From contig OZ316891.1 of the NCBI GenBank assembly GCA_973895155.1, positions 17,077,651 through 17,141,650 of the forward strand: a DNA stretch of 64,000 nt. Direction: 5' to 3'. Source of the stretch: Marsupella aquatica. Lineage: Eukaryota > Plantae > Marchantiophyta. A program made the position numbers and the translations under genes. Positions 1 through 13,900 of this stretch are shown here, piece after piece (position 1 is the first letter of the stretch; every line of letters begins with the position of its first letter). Under the pieces are notes generated by a model, which saw only the letters and a list, made by a program, of their open reading frames with translations, searched no databases and was not told where the DNA came from.

Positions 1-647
1 AGCTCGATCAACGATTACTTTAGAACTTGAGTCAGCATTCATCTCAACATTCATGTCAACAATGTCATCCATGACATCCATCTCAATCATCTCCACTTTC
101 TTACGTTGTTTCTTTGGGATTGGGACACCGGTTTCCGGAGCCTCTTCCTTTCCGTTAGTCTCTCTTTTGCGGCCTCTTCCACGCTTGGACTTCTCTGATC
201 TTGTAACGCCAATGTCTGTGGATACGTCTTGCACTTGAGTATTCACCTTTTGAGAAGTCGGATTTGGTGCAGATTTTGAGGGCACCTTTTGTTTCACGAC
301 AGAGGAAGGCTTTGCAGTGGAGGCCTTTGCAGTGGAGGCCTTCCTAGATAATTCCTTCTTCACGATACCCTTTGATATGGGTTTTCTATCTCTTTGACAA
401 CTACTTGCTTCTTTTGAACCTTCTTCCTCACAGCCTTCTTTTGTTCTGGCATTTCAACTACTTTAATCTTCTTCTGTGGTTGTTTGGACTTTGCGATCTA
501 TGGCCCTTTCACCTCAGTAGAGCTATTGCGGATTTTTTCCTGAGGGACTTTGACTTTCTCAACATTCTTAGAACCCACAATTATATTCAGAGCAATCTTT
601 GAAGACAATCTTTTCTTGTGGGAAGGAGGAGCTTCTTCTTCAATTTG

Positions 648-3600
648 TGTCGCGTCCCTAACCTGGGCCTTAAATCCAGTTTAGTTCCATGGCGCAACCT
701 TGACCACCAGTAGGGGTGAGGGTTCGGGCAAGGAGGTGTGTAGTGGCCCCGTTTAGCCCTAAGTCGGGCTAAGTTGATAAACTTACTGGTATAACACTTA
801 CGCAATTTGTAGGAGTCATAGGTATATTTATTTTCCACCGCTGGAATTTTCCCTTAGTTAGTGACTCGGACTAACTCACGGCTTGGGGCTTTCAAGCCAT
901 CGATGCGATAGAACCTTGTGACATGCAATGGGTGGCAATCCCTACCATTAGTCCGCACCCGGTATGTCCCTTGAAATGGCGCCTTTGCCCAGACAAAGCA
1001 TACACACAACACCAGTTACTCGCGGAAACATTAGAGGGAAAAGACTACATTTACTCAGCGAAGCATCAGTTTACATGGTTGACTCGACTTCTAAGGGGGT
1101 CAGCAGGCCCAACGGCAGTCGATGCCCAGTCTCTACGAGGCCCCGCCTTGCACTTGCCCAACAAGCTCGACTCTGGCTCTCACTCCTTGGTGCGCTCTGA
1201 CCCTACTCAGGCCGGGACTCCCCGTGTCTCGTCTTTTTTTCTGCCGAGATAACTAAGCCTTCTCCCTTCCATAGCAGAAGAGGAAGCCTAAATACTACGT
1301 TTGCGAAAGGGAATCGGAGGATACTACCTTCCAGGGCAATACCTACTGACTAACTACAGACTAACTGGTCATGCCGTACTGACTGGTTGACCATTGACGA
1401 CAAGAGTGCTAACCGGAATGGCAGTAGCTAAGCCTACTGACAAAATCTAGTCCGTTGATGGACTCCATCCTACGCTGGCTGCTCCTAACTGATTTGGTCC
1501 TAATTCTTCCTACTACCGCTAATCAGCGCCTAATGACAGCTATTCTGTTGTTACGCTTAACCAAAAGATGCCGTTGACTCAACTACCTCGCGCGGCGCCT
1601 GCTTCCACCCTTCGCTAACCACCCCTTACGTGTGTGTTGTGGTCGGACCAGGGTTTGTCCCCCTGTCGGGGCAAGACCTCAAGCCGCCTTGATCAGAGGT
1701 GGGCCCAGGTTTTCCCCGCTGGAGGACAAGCAGGGCAACGCGATCCTGCAAGGCCTTGTTGTCCCGCACCGCCTCCTCCGCCTCGTTTGCAGCTTCATCG
1801 GCCTCTGTCTAGAGCCGCGCTACCTCCAAGTTGAGCTGGTTCATGGAGTCACGATGGGTCTGGTCCTGTGCCAGCAATTTATCCCGTTCGGCGGAGAGAC
1901 TAGCTACCTGCTGAGCTGCCTACAGGAACTGTTTATTGAGGTCGGTCAGACTGGTAACCCGAGCCAAAGATTCTGAGCACAATTGAAGCACGATGTCGTC
2001 CAGCTTCTTGAGATCTGCTTGCGCTCCACTCAACTCCTGCGTTAGTCCGTCCCTCTGTTCAACGGTGCGGACTAACTCATTGCGGCGGGTAGTGGTCTCC
2101 TCCTCAAGGTGCTCTACCAGCATTTGGAGGCGCCCGATCTCATTCCCCTTCGCCATGAGTTCTTCTTCCAAGCGGCTTACAATCCGTGGTTGGTGCTCTA
2201 ACATGAAGAAGTCTGGTTGAAAGTACGCCGAGACTTGTTGTCCGATGTACGTCGCCACCCAGACATAGTCTGGCTAAACTTCTGGACCAGGTCGTAGGCC
2301 ATGGTCCCCGGGGCTACTTGGTAGTCCTCCATCCTCTCGGGTACCGGTGGTTCCTCGGGCGGGGCAACGATCTCCTCCATAGTCTACGCTGGGGAGGGGA
2401 AGGTTTCTTCAGGTGGTGGAGGGATTGGGGGTGGTTGTACCGCGGGTAGCGAAGGCTCGAAGGAAGGGGGCGACATAATTTCAACAGGAGGAGGTGACGG
2501 AGTATTAGTCGGGGCTTCCGGCTCGAGGTTTGGCCGAGGAGCGATAGTCCGCGCGCTTGGGGTTGCCTCCTCTGGGGCGGGGGTGACATTAGTCGGGGCT
2601 GAGGTGGCCATATTCTTTCCTCTGGCCTCCCGCCGTGCCTTGTACCAACCGAGGATGATGGTGATATGACTTCCCAAGTAAGTCTTCCCCCCAATAGCCA
2701 TACCACCCTGAGCCTGCTTCAGCTCTCCCGAGAATCTTTGGTAAAAGAATTGGGCCCAGTTCCGCCGTTAGTACTGTTCCACCTGCACGATCGTGCAGAG
2801 GGAGATCTCGGATCGTGGCTCAATCATGTGTAGGGTAGTCCGTATGAAGTTAAGCCGCTCCATGCAGATTAAGTTGGTGCACGACCCCTGCTTGTATCCG
2901 TTGTCCGTCTTACCCTCGGGTTTGAAGTGCTGAGGTGTATACTCCTTATCCTGAATTCGGAGTTCAACCGGCACCGGCACCGGCCCGGTTGGCAGGCAAA
3001 AGATCTATGCCAACCGATGCTCCGTTAGTGATAAGGTCTGCCCTGAAACCTTAGTGGTTGATGCGTCGGTGTCGAAATTGGAGATGAACTCACAAATCTC
3101 CTTTGGCCCGGCGGCGCACGGTCTCCATAGCAAGTGAGCGAACGGCTCCAACTGATGCTCCTCGAGATAGTCCGCGTGTTTGAGTTTCTTGATCGTGATC
3201 CAGACTACTTCGGGGACGCAGATCACCTATAATAAGTTGGACTTTGAGTTATCTGGGGGCCGTCGGGTCTGGTTGGCCGGGGGGTTTGCCGGGGTAGGTG
3301 CAGGCACGGCGTTGGTTTGCATTGTTGATTTGGGGGCCGGCATCATCCTTGGCCGCTTACGAGAACTCTGCTCGAGTTGTGGACTAACTTGCTCGAAACC
3401 CGAAGAACACTCTGTGTTGATCACTGGTCGGACTTGGGACCGGTTCGGAGGTATGCCGGTGGTCATCGGCTGAGGTGCTGGTGGTGTTGGGGTGGCCATA
3501 TCCCAGTCGAAGGCGTTGGAACTTTCCCCAAGGAAAGTAAGATTACGTGCCGCTTCCCGTTGTCTGCTGATGTCTTCTTGGCGCTTTTTGGCTATGATCT

Positions 3601-4494
3601 GCTGGTCTAGGTACCCCGAAATCTTGTCGAACTCCGCTTGAGTAAGCCGCTGGCTGCCCTTCAGCCTAAAGAACTTTGTTGGGACCTCAAGAATCGCCTC
3701 TGCTACCGATCTAAGCCCTTCCTCGCTGAGATATAGCTCGGTGATGTAGTCTCGCAGCTCGTTGTAGCTGGAATCCCTGGTGATGGCTGTCTTCTCACAA
3801 TTAACCAGTGCTACCTTGGCCACCAGCTTCGCGTATCTTCGTTCATAAGCGGCTTTCTCAGGACAAGAGTACCAGTAAGTCTTAGAGAACTTAGCACCTA
3901 CCTCGCCAAACAAGGTCCAAAATCCCAAGGCTGTAAGGGTCATACTAACCTTGTAGTCCGGTTCGTCGAGTCCGCGTTCCCACCCGGCTGGTCCTCGTGC
4001 TTGTGGAGGCCTTGCTCGTCCTGACTAAATCTCGCCACATTCTGCTCTTATCCCTCGATAATCTCCTTGTAAAGGTCAGCTTGATTCAAGCAAAAAGGTG
4101 GGTGAATGGCAGCGTCTGCAAATTCCAAAAGGTAGAAATGAGCAAATGGCTTGCAGCGCCATCGGCTCCTCTCTTATGGAGGTGACAGGATGAGCCCGAG
4201 CGTGAGAAGGCCAGGCCATTTTGGTCATCGATAATGAGCTGAAGTTGGCGCCTCGGTCCAAGCGTGATTCTCCTAACGGATTTTTACTTCGCCGCCGCCA
4301 CCATACCTCGGTCGTGCGTAATAATCCTCCTCCTAAATTTGTAATCATTCGGTCGACTTAACTACTCCTAATCTATTCATAATGGTAACAGACGGTTATA
4401 CGTGCTATTCTACGCTATGGCTACGGTCCTAATGACCATATAAAACCTAATCTACGACCTGGGTTTGGTTAAGTGACACGTTACCCGTGTCATA
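648..4494 (-). mobile_element. Solo LTR C (3.85 kb) of a gypsy-like retrotransposon
   Basis: TSD ATTTG at 643-647 and 4495-4499. Termini TGTCGCG...TGTCATA (TG...CA with one C>T change). Left end resembles the ends of LTRs D and E. No gag/pol inside. Confidence 0.85.
1626..3943 (-). pseudogene. LTR-embedded ORF of family C (about 770 aa ancestral), conserved central domain plus C-terminal coiled coil
   Basis: Pieces 3227-3943, 3005-3226, 2768-2980, 2384-2701 and 2198-2380 share one frame separated by stops, then a frameshift to 1920-2258. The central block aligns by eye with the B and D LTR ORFs. Confidence 0.8.
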
Positions 4495-6044
4495 ATTTGC
4501 TTTCTTTTCTTTTCCTTATGCAAATGCACCTCCGTCTTAGTTTCACAGTCCTTTTCATCTTCAGCCTCTAAACCTCCCACCTCCGCAAGTTCTTCATTCA
4601 TGGCTTGGAGATCCTCATCTTCAAAGATCTTCTCTGTTCCAACCAACTCAGGACTCAAAGAGTCACTGGGAACAATGCTTGGCTCATCTGATGTACCCTA
4701 TGAACTTGATGATCCTGAATCTGAACTTGACAACGATCCAGGTTCCTAATATACAACTTTGTTTGCCTTGAGATTTGGGCCACCTCCATGATGTCCGTGC
4801 CTTTTCTGATTCAAATTGAAGGCTTTCACTACAGGATGGGTTGCAACCCATCGTTTACTCCTTTCCTCGTCAACTGGATCTAGGAAAGCAATATCCAGAA
4901 TAATCTCAATCTCCTGCCGCAGGTCATCTTCCGGTAAAGATAAAGACATGACATAAACAACATGCTTGGTTGCAGAAAGGTGAGATTGATCAATAATCTT
5001 CAAAGAACAAAAAACTAACCCTTCCCAGCCCTGAAACAATATCCTCAACAGTGAGAACATTATTTGGATCCATGAAACGATGAGTGGATGGATAAAAAAA
5101 GGACATTATGTTCATTGTTGCATCATTTGGCTCCAGACAATGTGCGCAACAATATTGTTCAACGGGAAGAGAGAACTCTCTATATCCACAATCAACGCGG
5201 TCCTCCACCATCACTATCAGAAAGACCTTCCCCTTCTGGTGCTCTGGTGCTTTTGAAATCTTACAATCGACAACCACACCCAAGTACTTTCAAAACCTCT
5301 TGGGCTTTGCAATAACGATCCCACGCAAATAACACCTCCAATTGTCACCCTCCAGATGCATTTCAAAAGACCATGAATTGACAATTGGATTTTGGTGGCT
5401 AACAGTGCTTCAACTTAGCGGCTGTGGTAGGCGCGGGTGGCTAAAACAAACATAAGGGAATCCTAAGAAAGAACAAAAATGGAAGATTTAGAAAAGAGTC
5501 CAAGATGTCAAAACAAATTCCAAAATTTTATCATTAACAAAAATGGACAATCCATCCAGAAAACAACTCAATCGATCAAAATGGACTTTGCCCGCTCTAA
5601 GCAACTTGTCTAGAACTAAGTCTTGAGAGAGATGACTTCTAGAAAAACATCTTCTAGGCTGCTTCCTTCTTCATCCTCTTGATAGTCTGGAGGTGGCCTT
5701 CCTCCTGGGCCTTCATGATAATCAGCTGCCTTGTGAGCCTCTGAATTTGACTCTCACTGATCTCATCAAGCTTTGCCGCCTCCTTCATCACTAGGCACAA
5801 CTCCTGACATGTCCAAAGATGGTTCCGCTGAGCTCAAAAATATCTATCAGCATAATCCTTTCTAATCAAACTAATCTCTTAATCTTTCTCCTTCACAGTT
5901 TCTCGTAGGGTCTCAAGTTCCTCTAGGACATCCTCAGTCATTTTGGACCCCTTCTCATGTTTTTCTTTGATCAATTTCAAATGTTTCAAGGCATTGTCAA
6001 TTTGGCCTTTAAGGTAACAAATTAGCCTGAGATGAGTAACATGC

Positions 6045-6422
6045 TCTACACGAGAGTTGCGTGAATGCAAATGAAAATGATATTTACTCAACACATTTTC
6101 ATACGGAAGTTCTGATGGGATGAGGAACATCTGGGATCTACACGTGAGTCACGTGGAGATAGAGATGAAAAACGTCTAATAATGATTTGGAGACAAAAGA
6201 CTAAGGGTTACCTTTGAGCATGATCTGAGCGTTCACGGCATAGTACTGGAGCTCATCTACACGAGTTTTGTGTAGAAAACTTAGTACTGGGTCTCACATA
6301 ACACAAAAGGCTAACTACTATAATGTATCTACATGAGACTCGTGTGGAAGCAACCGCTGAAATTTAAATTGAAAGCAAACAAAGAAAAGAAAAACTAAAG
6401 ATCTACACGACTATCGTGTGGA
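6045..6422. repeat. Five copies of an imperfect 21-bp palindrome TCTACACGA-NNN-TCGTGTRGA
   Basis: Copies start at 6045, 6137, 6256, 6328 and 6402, e.g. TCTACACGACTATCGTGTGGA and TCTACATGAGACTCGTGTGGA. The copies at 6045 and 6137 are weaker. Confidence 0.75.
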
Positions 6423-6714
6423 AATACCTTCAACTCTGGTGAATGTTGTGACCGCCATCTCTCGGACCTTCGATTCTGGTAGATTTGCCATGAAACCTCT
6501 TTGCACGTGTGAACCAATTTGCAAAATAGAGAAGGAATTGGGCAGAACTCAGCGGGAGAGAAGAACGAGCGAAAGGGCGGAGAATGAGCGAGAGGGAAAA
6601 GATGAGGGAATGAATGAATGAGCGAATCTGCCTAAAATATATACCTGACACAAGAAATGGGCAAGCGAGAAGAATTCACACAACAAAGGCTACGGCAATG
6701 GGGCCGGTCATGAA

Positions 6715-7024
6715 GACATCATTATAGCGCCGCCAGAAATATTGACAAATCATACCAGACGACAATCATGTAGAGCTATCAGCTTGTCATGTTCGAGCAG
6801 AATTTTTGGGATTTTGGAGAGATGTCCTTATTCTCTCGTCATTATCTGCCAGGCGTGAGACATCATTAATAGCGCCGCCAAAAATATCGGAAAATTGTAC
6901 CACACGACGATCTGGCACAGCGGCCACCCTATCATTTTTGTGCAGTATATTTGGGATTTCTATTTAGGATTGGTATTTATCGGGTAGTCGTCCTTATTCT
7001 CTTGTCATTCTCTAGCAAGACGTG
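6715..7024. repeat. Degenerate direct repeat of about 145-165 bp (possible DNA-transposon subterminal region)
   Basis: GACATCATTA(A)TAGCGCCGCCA at about 6715 and 6859; GTCCTTATTCTCTYGTCATT at about 6824 and 6990. Confidence 0.55.
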
Positions 7025-8740
7025 GATGGTTCCGAGGACAATTTTTGGCACGGGTTTAAGTCCAAGGACTGCTTCTGGGCGCCCAATCAATAGTCTTTGT
7101 CACCTGCTTATCAAACAATTTACACGACAAATATGTGTTTCCTCCTACTAAAACCGTTTGTTATCGTATGACGGGAACGTGGAGGGACGCTATTAGGATT
7201 CTATTGCATGTAGGATGAGTATGTTTGATTCCGCTCCTGGAAGTGTAATTTTTGATCAAGTCTACCGACTAGCCCCTCTACTTTTGATCAAGTCCCATGG
7301 ACTACGCCACAGACACACTCTTGCTGGTCGCTAGTGGAGTGCTGTCACCACCCCCCTTACTTACATGGTTGACCAATCCGTGCAAGTATTCCTTAGACAC
7401 TTCTTGGGGAAAGAACACAATCGTGAACCAGAAAAGATAACGTCACACCAAAACTTGAGGAATCAAAACAAATCCATATTTTTTGGCAAAACGTCGTAAC
7501 ACATTGGAAGGACAACCCGGCCTCTTGCCGTCTGCCCAACTACTGCCTCACTGGGGCAAGTGCTACACCTCTACCTCACTACTCTGGCTTGATTCCCTCT
7601 TCTGGCTATGAGCTAACTTCCCTAAGCGAACACTAGACTGAGTTCCCCCCCCCACTACTCCAGGGCTCTCCCCCTAAATACTGAAAAAACACACCAAAGC
7701 ACCCCTTACGGGGTCACAACGATGGCGGCTACCCTTGCGGCGCCTAAAAAAACCCTTCCACGAGGAATCCCTAACCTAAAACATGCGGCACACACATGCT
7801 CCTAACACCCTAATCTAACTATGGGACCGTCGGTGCCTTCGACGATGCCAACCGCACTTGGTAGTCACGGGGAAGTGAGGGGGCCACTCAAGGTCGAAAT
7901 CCTCAACCATTTTGAACTACTCCCTTGAGGGGGGCCCTGGATAGCTCTGCTCCTCCTGATCACGAATCCGTAAACGGGCTCCGTACGACCAAGTTACGGA
8001 TGTTTGAATCTGTAATACGCCCGAGCTCATAACTTCTTCATCCTGACTCCGTTCTGGGCGTGCCACACCTTGCCGGAATCAGCTCCTCGAGCTCCTTCCA
8101 ACAAGCCCGTGATTCCCCTCATCCAAGGTGTTGCATAATTTAAAATCCGTACGACCAACGTCCGTACGCCTCACTAGTCTTCCCCCAACTCGCTCATGGA
8201 ACCGGGACTCCACCCCGGGAATCCTCACTACCGGCGCCCTCCGCTGATGTGGGTGTAACACCTACTATTCTCCCTTGCCGGGGGAGTCCTTCCCGGGGCC
8301 TGGCCAGAGGCTCCCCGTCTTCCGATCAAGAACCACTCTCAATTCCCATAAGTCACCCAATGCTGCCACTGTTGCTGTCGTCATAAGATCTCAATCAAAT
8401 TTCATAGCTCTCCAAGCCAAGCGCCAAGGGAATACTTCAAAAAAAACGGGGAGATATGTCGAGAGCTTTCCGCAATGAGGTGTGGGAAAGAAAATGCATT
8501 TGCTTTTGGCACTTGGGTGAGTTACTCTCGGCTTGCGGCCTCCTCCTTGCGCTTACTACCCCACTCGTGGGAGATTTTACTCCTGCTTGCCTTCTTCTGC
8601 CGGGGCTCGCTACTCCCGGGGTATCACTTGCTATCACGTTATCAGCCTAGGCCTTAACCCGGGCTTTGGCTCAGACAGGCACATCCTTCGTCAAAATGAG
8701 GGTTCGGGTAGGGAGGGATGCACGGAATGCACCTAACTCA

Positions 8741-10086
8741 TGTTATCGTGATAATTCAATTATTCATGATGAAATCATTACCACTAAGTATATAAGTAAA
8801 TATATAGGTTAGCTTTATATATTGTTACGGGGTAACTAAATAATTTGACTATTATGTATGTGCATGCAAGGTAAGCAACTATGCAAACCACAAGATGCAT
8901 GCACAAATTGTTTGGATGCATGTGCAAATTGTTTTATTTGCATGCAATAGTCATTTTATGTGCATGCAAGGTGAGCAAATATGCAAGCCACAAGGTGCAT
9001 GCACAAATTGTTTTAGGTGCATGCAAATTATTTTATTTGCATGCATTAGTTATTTTATGTGCATGCAAGGTGAGCAAATATGCAAGTCACAAGGTGCATG
9101 CACAAATTGTTTTAGATGCATGCAAATTGTTTTATTTGCATGCATTAGTTGTTTTATGCGTATGCAAGGTGAGCAAATGTGCAAGCCACAAGGTGCATGC
9201 ATGCACAAAATGTTTTAGGTGCATGCATTAGTTGTTTTACTTGCATGCATTATTTGTTTTGATTGCAATAGTACTAGCACACATTCCTACGTTGGATGTA
9301 CGTGTGCCACTTGGCTTTCATCCAAATGTTTGGGCGTAATCCATGCCCTCTTGGATTCAATATAAATAAAGTGGTGAGGGGCACTCTCTCCTCATTCCCA
9401 CATTTTGATAATTTCCGCGTCGAAACGATCCTCTTTTCTTCTCTCATCTTTCTCTTCTATTCTTTGCCTTATGTACATAGTAGTGGGGCATCATTTGGCC
9501 AGGATAGCAAAGGAATGAGTGGTAGACTTATAGATGGGACCTTAGGGAACAAAGTTTCTTTGGGAACTTAGGGGTGGGGCATCCTTTGGCCCGGATAGCA
9601 AAGGAACAAGAGAGTCATTATGAATCCAGGAGGGAGAGATATCCCTAATCTTCCCCTTCGTAATCCATTTTTGGTTAGAGTCCATCTTTTAGACAAGCCA
9701 TCCATGAGGCAGCATATAACTTATCACTTTGGAGCTCAATTTGTAGCTGCTGTTATGAGTTCTAATGAGCCAATAGTATACCCAGTAGTGTCTTACCGAG
9801 AGGAGTGGAAGTGCATTATCTTTGTTCTTTATTGAAGTCATGGATCTAAATAGGAGTCCAGATGACATTCCTATCTCATTTTCTCTTGGAGATATTAGGA
9901 TTGTATGTCGTAGAAAAATTAGTTTCTGAGATGTGTTGATCTGCAAGTATGGTGAAGTAGGATTTAATAGTATATTAGTTTCACCTTAACCTTTCTTAAT
10001 ACCCACCACCCTTCTTACAAGAGTTATCATTTTGGTTTTAGTGTAGAACTTATGGGCATGCAAGGTTAACTTCATAAGAGCCAACA
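8741..10086. mobile_element. AT-rich insertion in D, probably an unrelated solo LTR or non-autonomous element
   Basis: Abrupt composition shift, TGTTA...CAACA ends, TATAAATA at 9361. No 5-bp TSD; CATG overlaps both junctions. Boundaries inferred without an empty-site copy. Confidence 0.5.
8860..9250. repeat. Tandem repeat, about 99-bp unit x4, rich in TGCATGCA
   Basis: TGCATGCAAGGTRAGCAA recurs at 8861, 8961, 9060 and about 9159. Confidence 0.9.
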
Positions 10087-10902
10087 TGCTCTTACCAGAA
10101 AACACGGTCACCCGGACAACGTAAACTAGCGCTAAGTGCGCCTATTATCATATACAGACTCCTCCTAGGTATGGTTTGTGTTCCGCCGCTGGAATGTACC
10201 TCAGTCGATAGCAGGATCGATCCCGGCTTACAGGATTCTAAGCCTTCGTGTTGTCCGCCTTTGATCCGGATTTGATGATATGGGTACTCAACCCGGGCTA
10301 GCAACCACTACCTGCAAGCTGCACCCCGTGCCCGACTTGGGTAGTGCGTTCGGCCAAGCATTGGCACCTATACACGAGATTCATACATACACATACGTGT
10401 AAGCATACAATCTTGATTTACACGAAGGAAATAATGGGGAAGGATTTTACTACAAATGAGACATATGCGTACACTTAGTTGACCCGAAAGCTCCAGAATG
10501 AACAGGTCCAAGGCTGAGGATGTACACTACAACGGAGCCCGGCTCCGCACTTGCCCAACGAGCTTAGTCCCACACCCTCCCCTCGGTACTCTTTCACTCC
10601 CAGAGGTCGGGACTCCTCGCACATACCGCGGATGTCCCACACTAAGACTAAAAACCCACCTGCCTCTACCGAGGGGTGCACTAAATACTAAGGGCCGAGG
10701 AACGGAGTGCCCTTGCGCCCGAAGATTCGCTAACTAAGGTCCTAACTAAGCTGGCTGTCAAGCCGGAAAATGGCTTGTCTTATTAGAAGATCCTAATCTA
10801 TGCAGGTTGTACAACATGGCAGTGCTGCTCTAACTAGGGCAGGTGCTTGTCCCTATAGCCTAATTGAGCTATTCCTAACTCTACTCTAATCCTACTCCGT
10901 CG

Positions 10903-13900
10903 CTAATGCCTGGCACGCTTGCCAGAGCTACCTGAGTGGGAGCGGCTATCCTGCTGCCTTCTGAGCCTGTCGGCGTCCTGCTTGAGCAATTGGACCTGGT
11001 CCAGCAGAGATTTGTTTTCCTGCTTTGTCGCGTCTGCCTCTTTCACGGCCTCTTGGCATGCCTCCTCCAGTTGCTGGGTGTCGCTCGTCAGCTTGTCCAC
11101 CAATTGGGCCTGTTTAGTGGCTTCTCCTTGAAGCCGTGCCACCTCTGCCTTGAGGGCATCAATCTTGGCTGTGTCCCGCTGAGACCTGGAGTCAGCTTCT
11201 TCCAGATCCTTTTGCCAATTGACGGCTTGCCCCTGCAAACCGTCAATCTTGGTTCGTCCTTCAGGTAGGCAGACTCAACCCGATATTGCTCTATTCTCTG
11301 CGCGGTCTATGCCTGCGCATGTCCTGCCCTTACTGCCGCAACCAACTCCTGGTTGAAGAAGTAGGCCACCCTCCGGGCCATGTATTCCCCGGTGTCCCGA
11401 GAGATCTGTTGCGAGAAATCTCCCAACAACTCATTCAGAAAAGTGCCCGACGCAAAGAGTTCTGGATGGTCTAGACAATGTCCCTCTGGATTCAGGCACG
11501 GGCAGACTCCAACCCGTGCGGGAGTAGGAGTGGACACATCCAGCCCTTGAGGTAAGTCAGTCGAAGGGGCTGGTTCCACTGGAGGTGGGTGGTTCTCCTG
11601 CACCACCGCAGGGGTGGCGGAATCTCCCCGGCCACCGTGGTATCTGCTTCGGGTACGGCTTCATCCGGCCTGGCTTCGATGGCATTGTCCCGATTGATCG
11701 CATCTAAGGTCGCGATAACGTCAATGGGTATGCCTGGCGGGGCGGCAACGGTGTCGTCGGGATGGGAAATAGAGGAAAGGAAGTGAAGGCGTTATTTTTG
11801 AGTTGGAAATATTTGGTGAAGGGATTCAGTTTGGGTGTGCGTTTTGTTGTTTTGGAGAAAGTTCAAAAAGACAAAAGAGGAATAAAACAAGTGAAAGTTG
11901 AAGCTTAGACTTAAAGGAAAAAGAGACAATTAATGCGGTTGAGACATGTGGCATCCTGAGAGCACGTTTCATAAGGGTCAGATTCAAAGTGAGACGCGAG
12001 GAGGAGAATCGGGAGGAAAAATAATGGCCGATCAAAGACGGACGTTAGAAAAAAGTTCGCAAGGAGAAGACAAAAAATAAAATGAGGCACTATGGAGAGC
12101 TCGGGGATGAATAGGTGAGATTCAGCAGAAAGGGAATGTTGTTGTAGTGTGGAGGTCTGGAGATTTTTTTTGAGTGGCAGAGGCATCGGTGGTCATTACT
12201 CGTCTGGTCGTGACTGCTATGAAAGGAACGGGAGGTGATCGTTACAATGGAGAAAGTGGGTTATGAGATTCGGCGATAGAATGAAGGGACGTTCGTGGAA
12301 AGCATGGTGAAGATAAATTTTTGCAGGAAGGCAAGGAAAGGAGTGAATGGAAGAATGGAGAAATGCTGACGCGCGTGATCGGATTTGCGAGCTTTCGAGT
12401 AAAGGGGACTTCGGGATCGAAGAGGATGGACGGAAAAAATGGAACGAGTGAATGAACGTAGGAGGATATGGAGAGATGAAGAATCGAGGCAGTGGTGAGG
12501 ATCAGAAAGTGAAGAAATAAAGCAGAAAACGAGAGCTTTCGGTAGATTCTTCGAGTGAGAAAAGAACAGATGGCCGATTGTTAGAACGGGAAGAAAGGGA
12601 GATGAGCAACAAGAGGGCGATCAGGATCAAGCGAGGGAAAGCAGAAAGCAAGGCAAAACAAATGACATGGAAGGATAGTTCACAAGGAATTGAAGTGGAG
12701 AGAAAGGGGATTGGAGGAAGCGATGTGCGTGCATGAGTTAAGTTTTACTTTTCTTGCGAATCGACAGTGGTAGGAGCAGGGACGAGGACGGTAAAGGAGA
12801 AGAAAGGTTCAATTCAAACGCTACTATCTCAGTTTCGCTGAAGAGAGATTCTACGGTGAACGAACAGAGGTTTGATGTGAACCCAACTGAGTGAAGTTTT
12901 GCTCGATCGGATCGCTAGTCGCGCTGGAGCAGGAAGGGGTGATCTCGTGACAGAAGATACATGGGAGCAAATGTAGTGACTGAAGAAAACGATGATGATG
13001 GTGAGTTGAAGTAGGAATGAGATGTTCGTCGAGGAGTATCCAAGAGAAGAAATGAATCTAAAGTCGAAAAACATTCAGGATTTATCACGAGAAGGCAGAT
13101 GTAACAGACAGACGAATTCTGAAAACAGCGTCACGGAATAACGGAGTCTGAGCAGCATCACGGAGAGCTTTTGAAAGAGCAAGAGAATTGAGGGAGGGTA
13201 AACACTTACGTTCGAGCAACCCAGGCGAGCAAAGAGTAAGATCCAGCCAAAGCATACGAGATTGAAGTAAGAGAAGATTAGAATAGAGAAAAGCTTCTCG
13301 GTTTCGAGTGTTCTGAACGAAGCTCAGAAGTGTGTATACAGAGAGATCGAACCATCAGAAGGGAAAATGCAAAATGAGGATACTTTCGAGAAAAATGACA
13401 AGTGTTTGCTAAGAAATGAAAAGAGGTTTTCGGATGCAGATATGATAAGTGATGAGAAAGGAACTCGATCATTTTAAAGTGAAAAGTACTAGAGATTTGA
13501 AGCTCTTTGACTGGAAAGGAGTAAATGTGATATGGACTGTGAAATAAAGGTTGAAGCATTGACTAAATACAGGAGAACCAGAGAAGCTGAAAACCTATTC
13601 TTAAAGTAAGGAGGTGCAAAAGGAGAAATAAGACTTAAGAGGTGGAGAGCCATGGCTGATATTTAAAACTTAATGAGAACCCAGGAATAAGGAAGTTAAC
13701 TGCATTCGACAAGTGGAACCCAGTGATTGGATCCATCTTTAGGTTAGGGATAGTCCGTTGCCATGGGGTATGAGGATAGCGGCCGTAAGTTCTTTTTGCT
13801 ATGGGACTGGAAACTTGAAGAGAGAAGGAAGAAGAGCCAAGAAGAAGAGTGTAAGAGGAGCAACGACGTGAAGGAAGCTCGGCGGAGACTAAAATTGTGT

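Larger units (their letters stand above)
1..6491 (-). pseudogene. Degenerate multi-exon gene of unknown function (probably a TE accessory gene), split by solo LTR C
   Basis: Minus-strand ORF fragments (5879-6130 coiled-coil-like, 4990-5283, 4746-5060, 4452-4658). The frame appears to continue across the C insertion (..KEKKRKQI/EEEAPPSHKKR..). Candidate first exon ATG at about 6491 with a GT donor at about 6428. No family recognised. Confidence 0.35.

Noticed and set aside
8881-9231. Cys/His-rich repeat proteins
   Set aside because: Translations of the ~99-bp non-coding tandem repeat, open in two frames.
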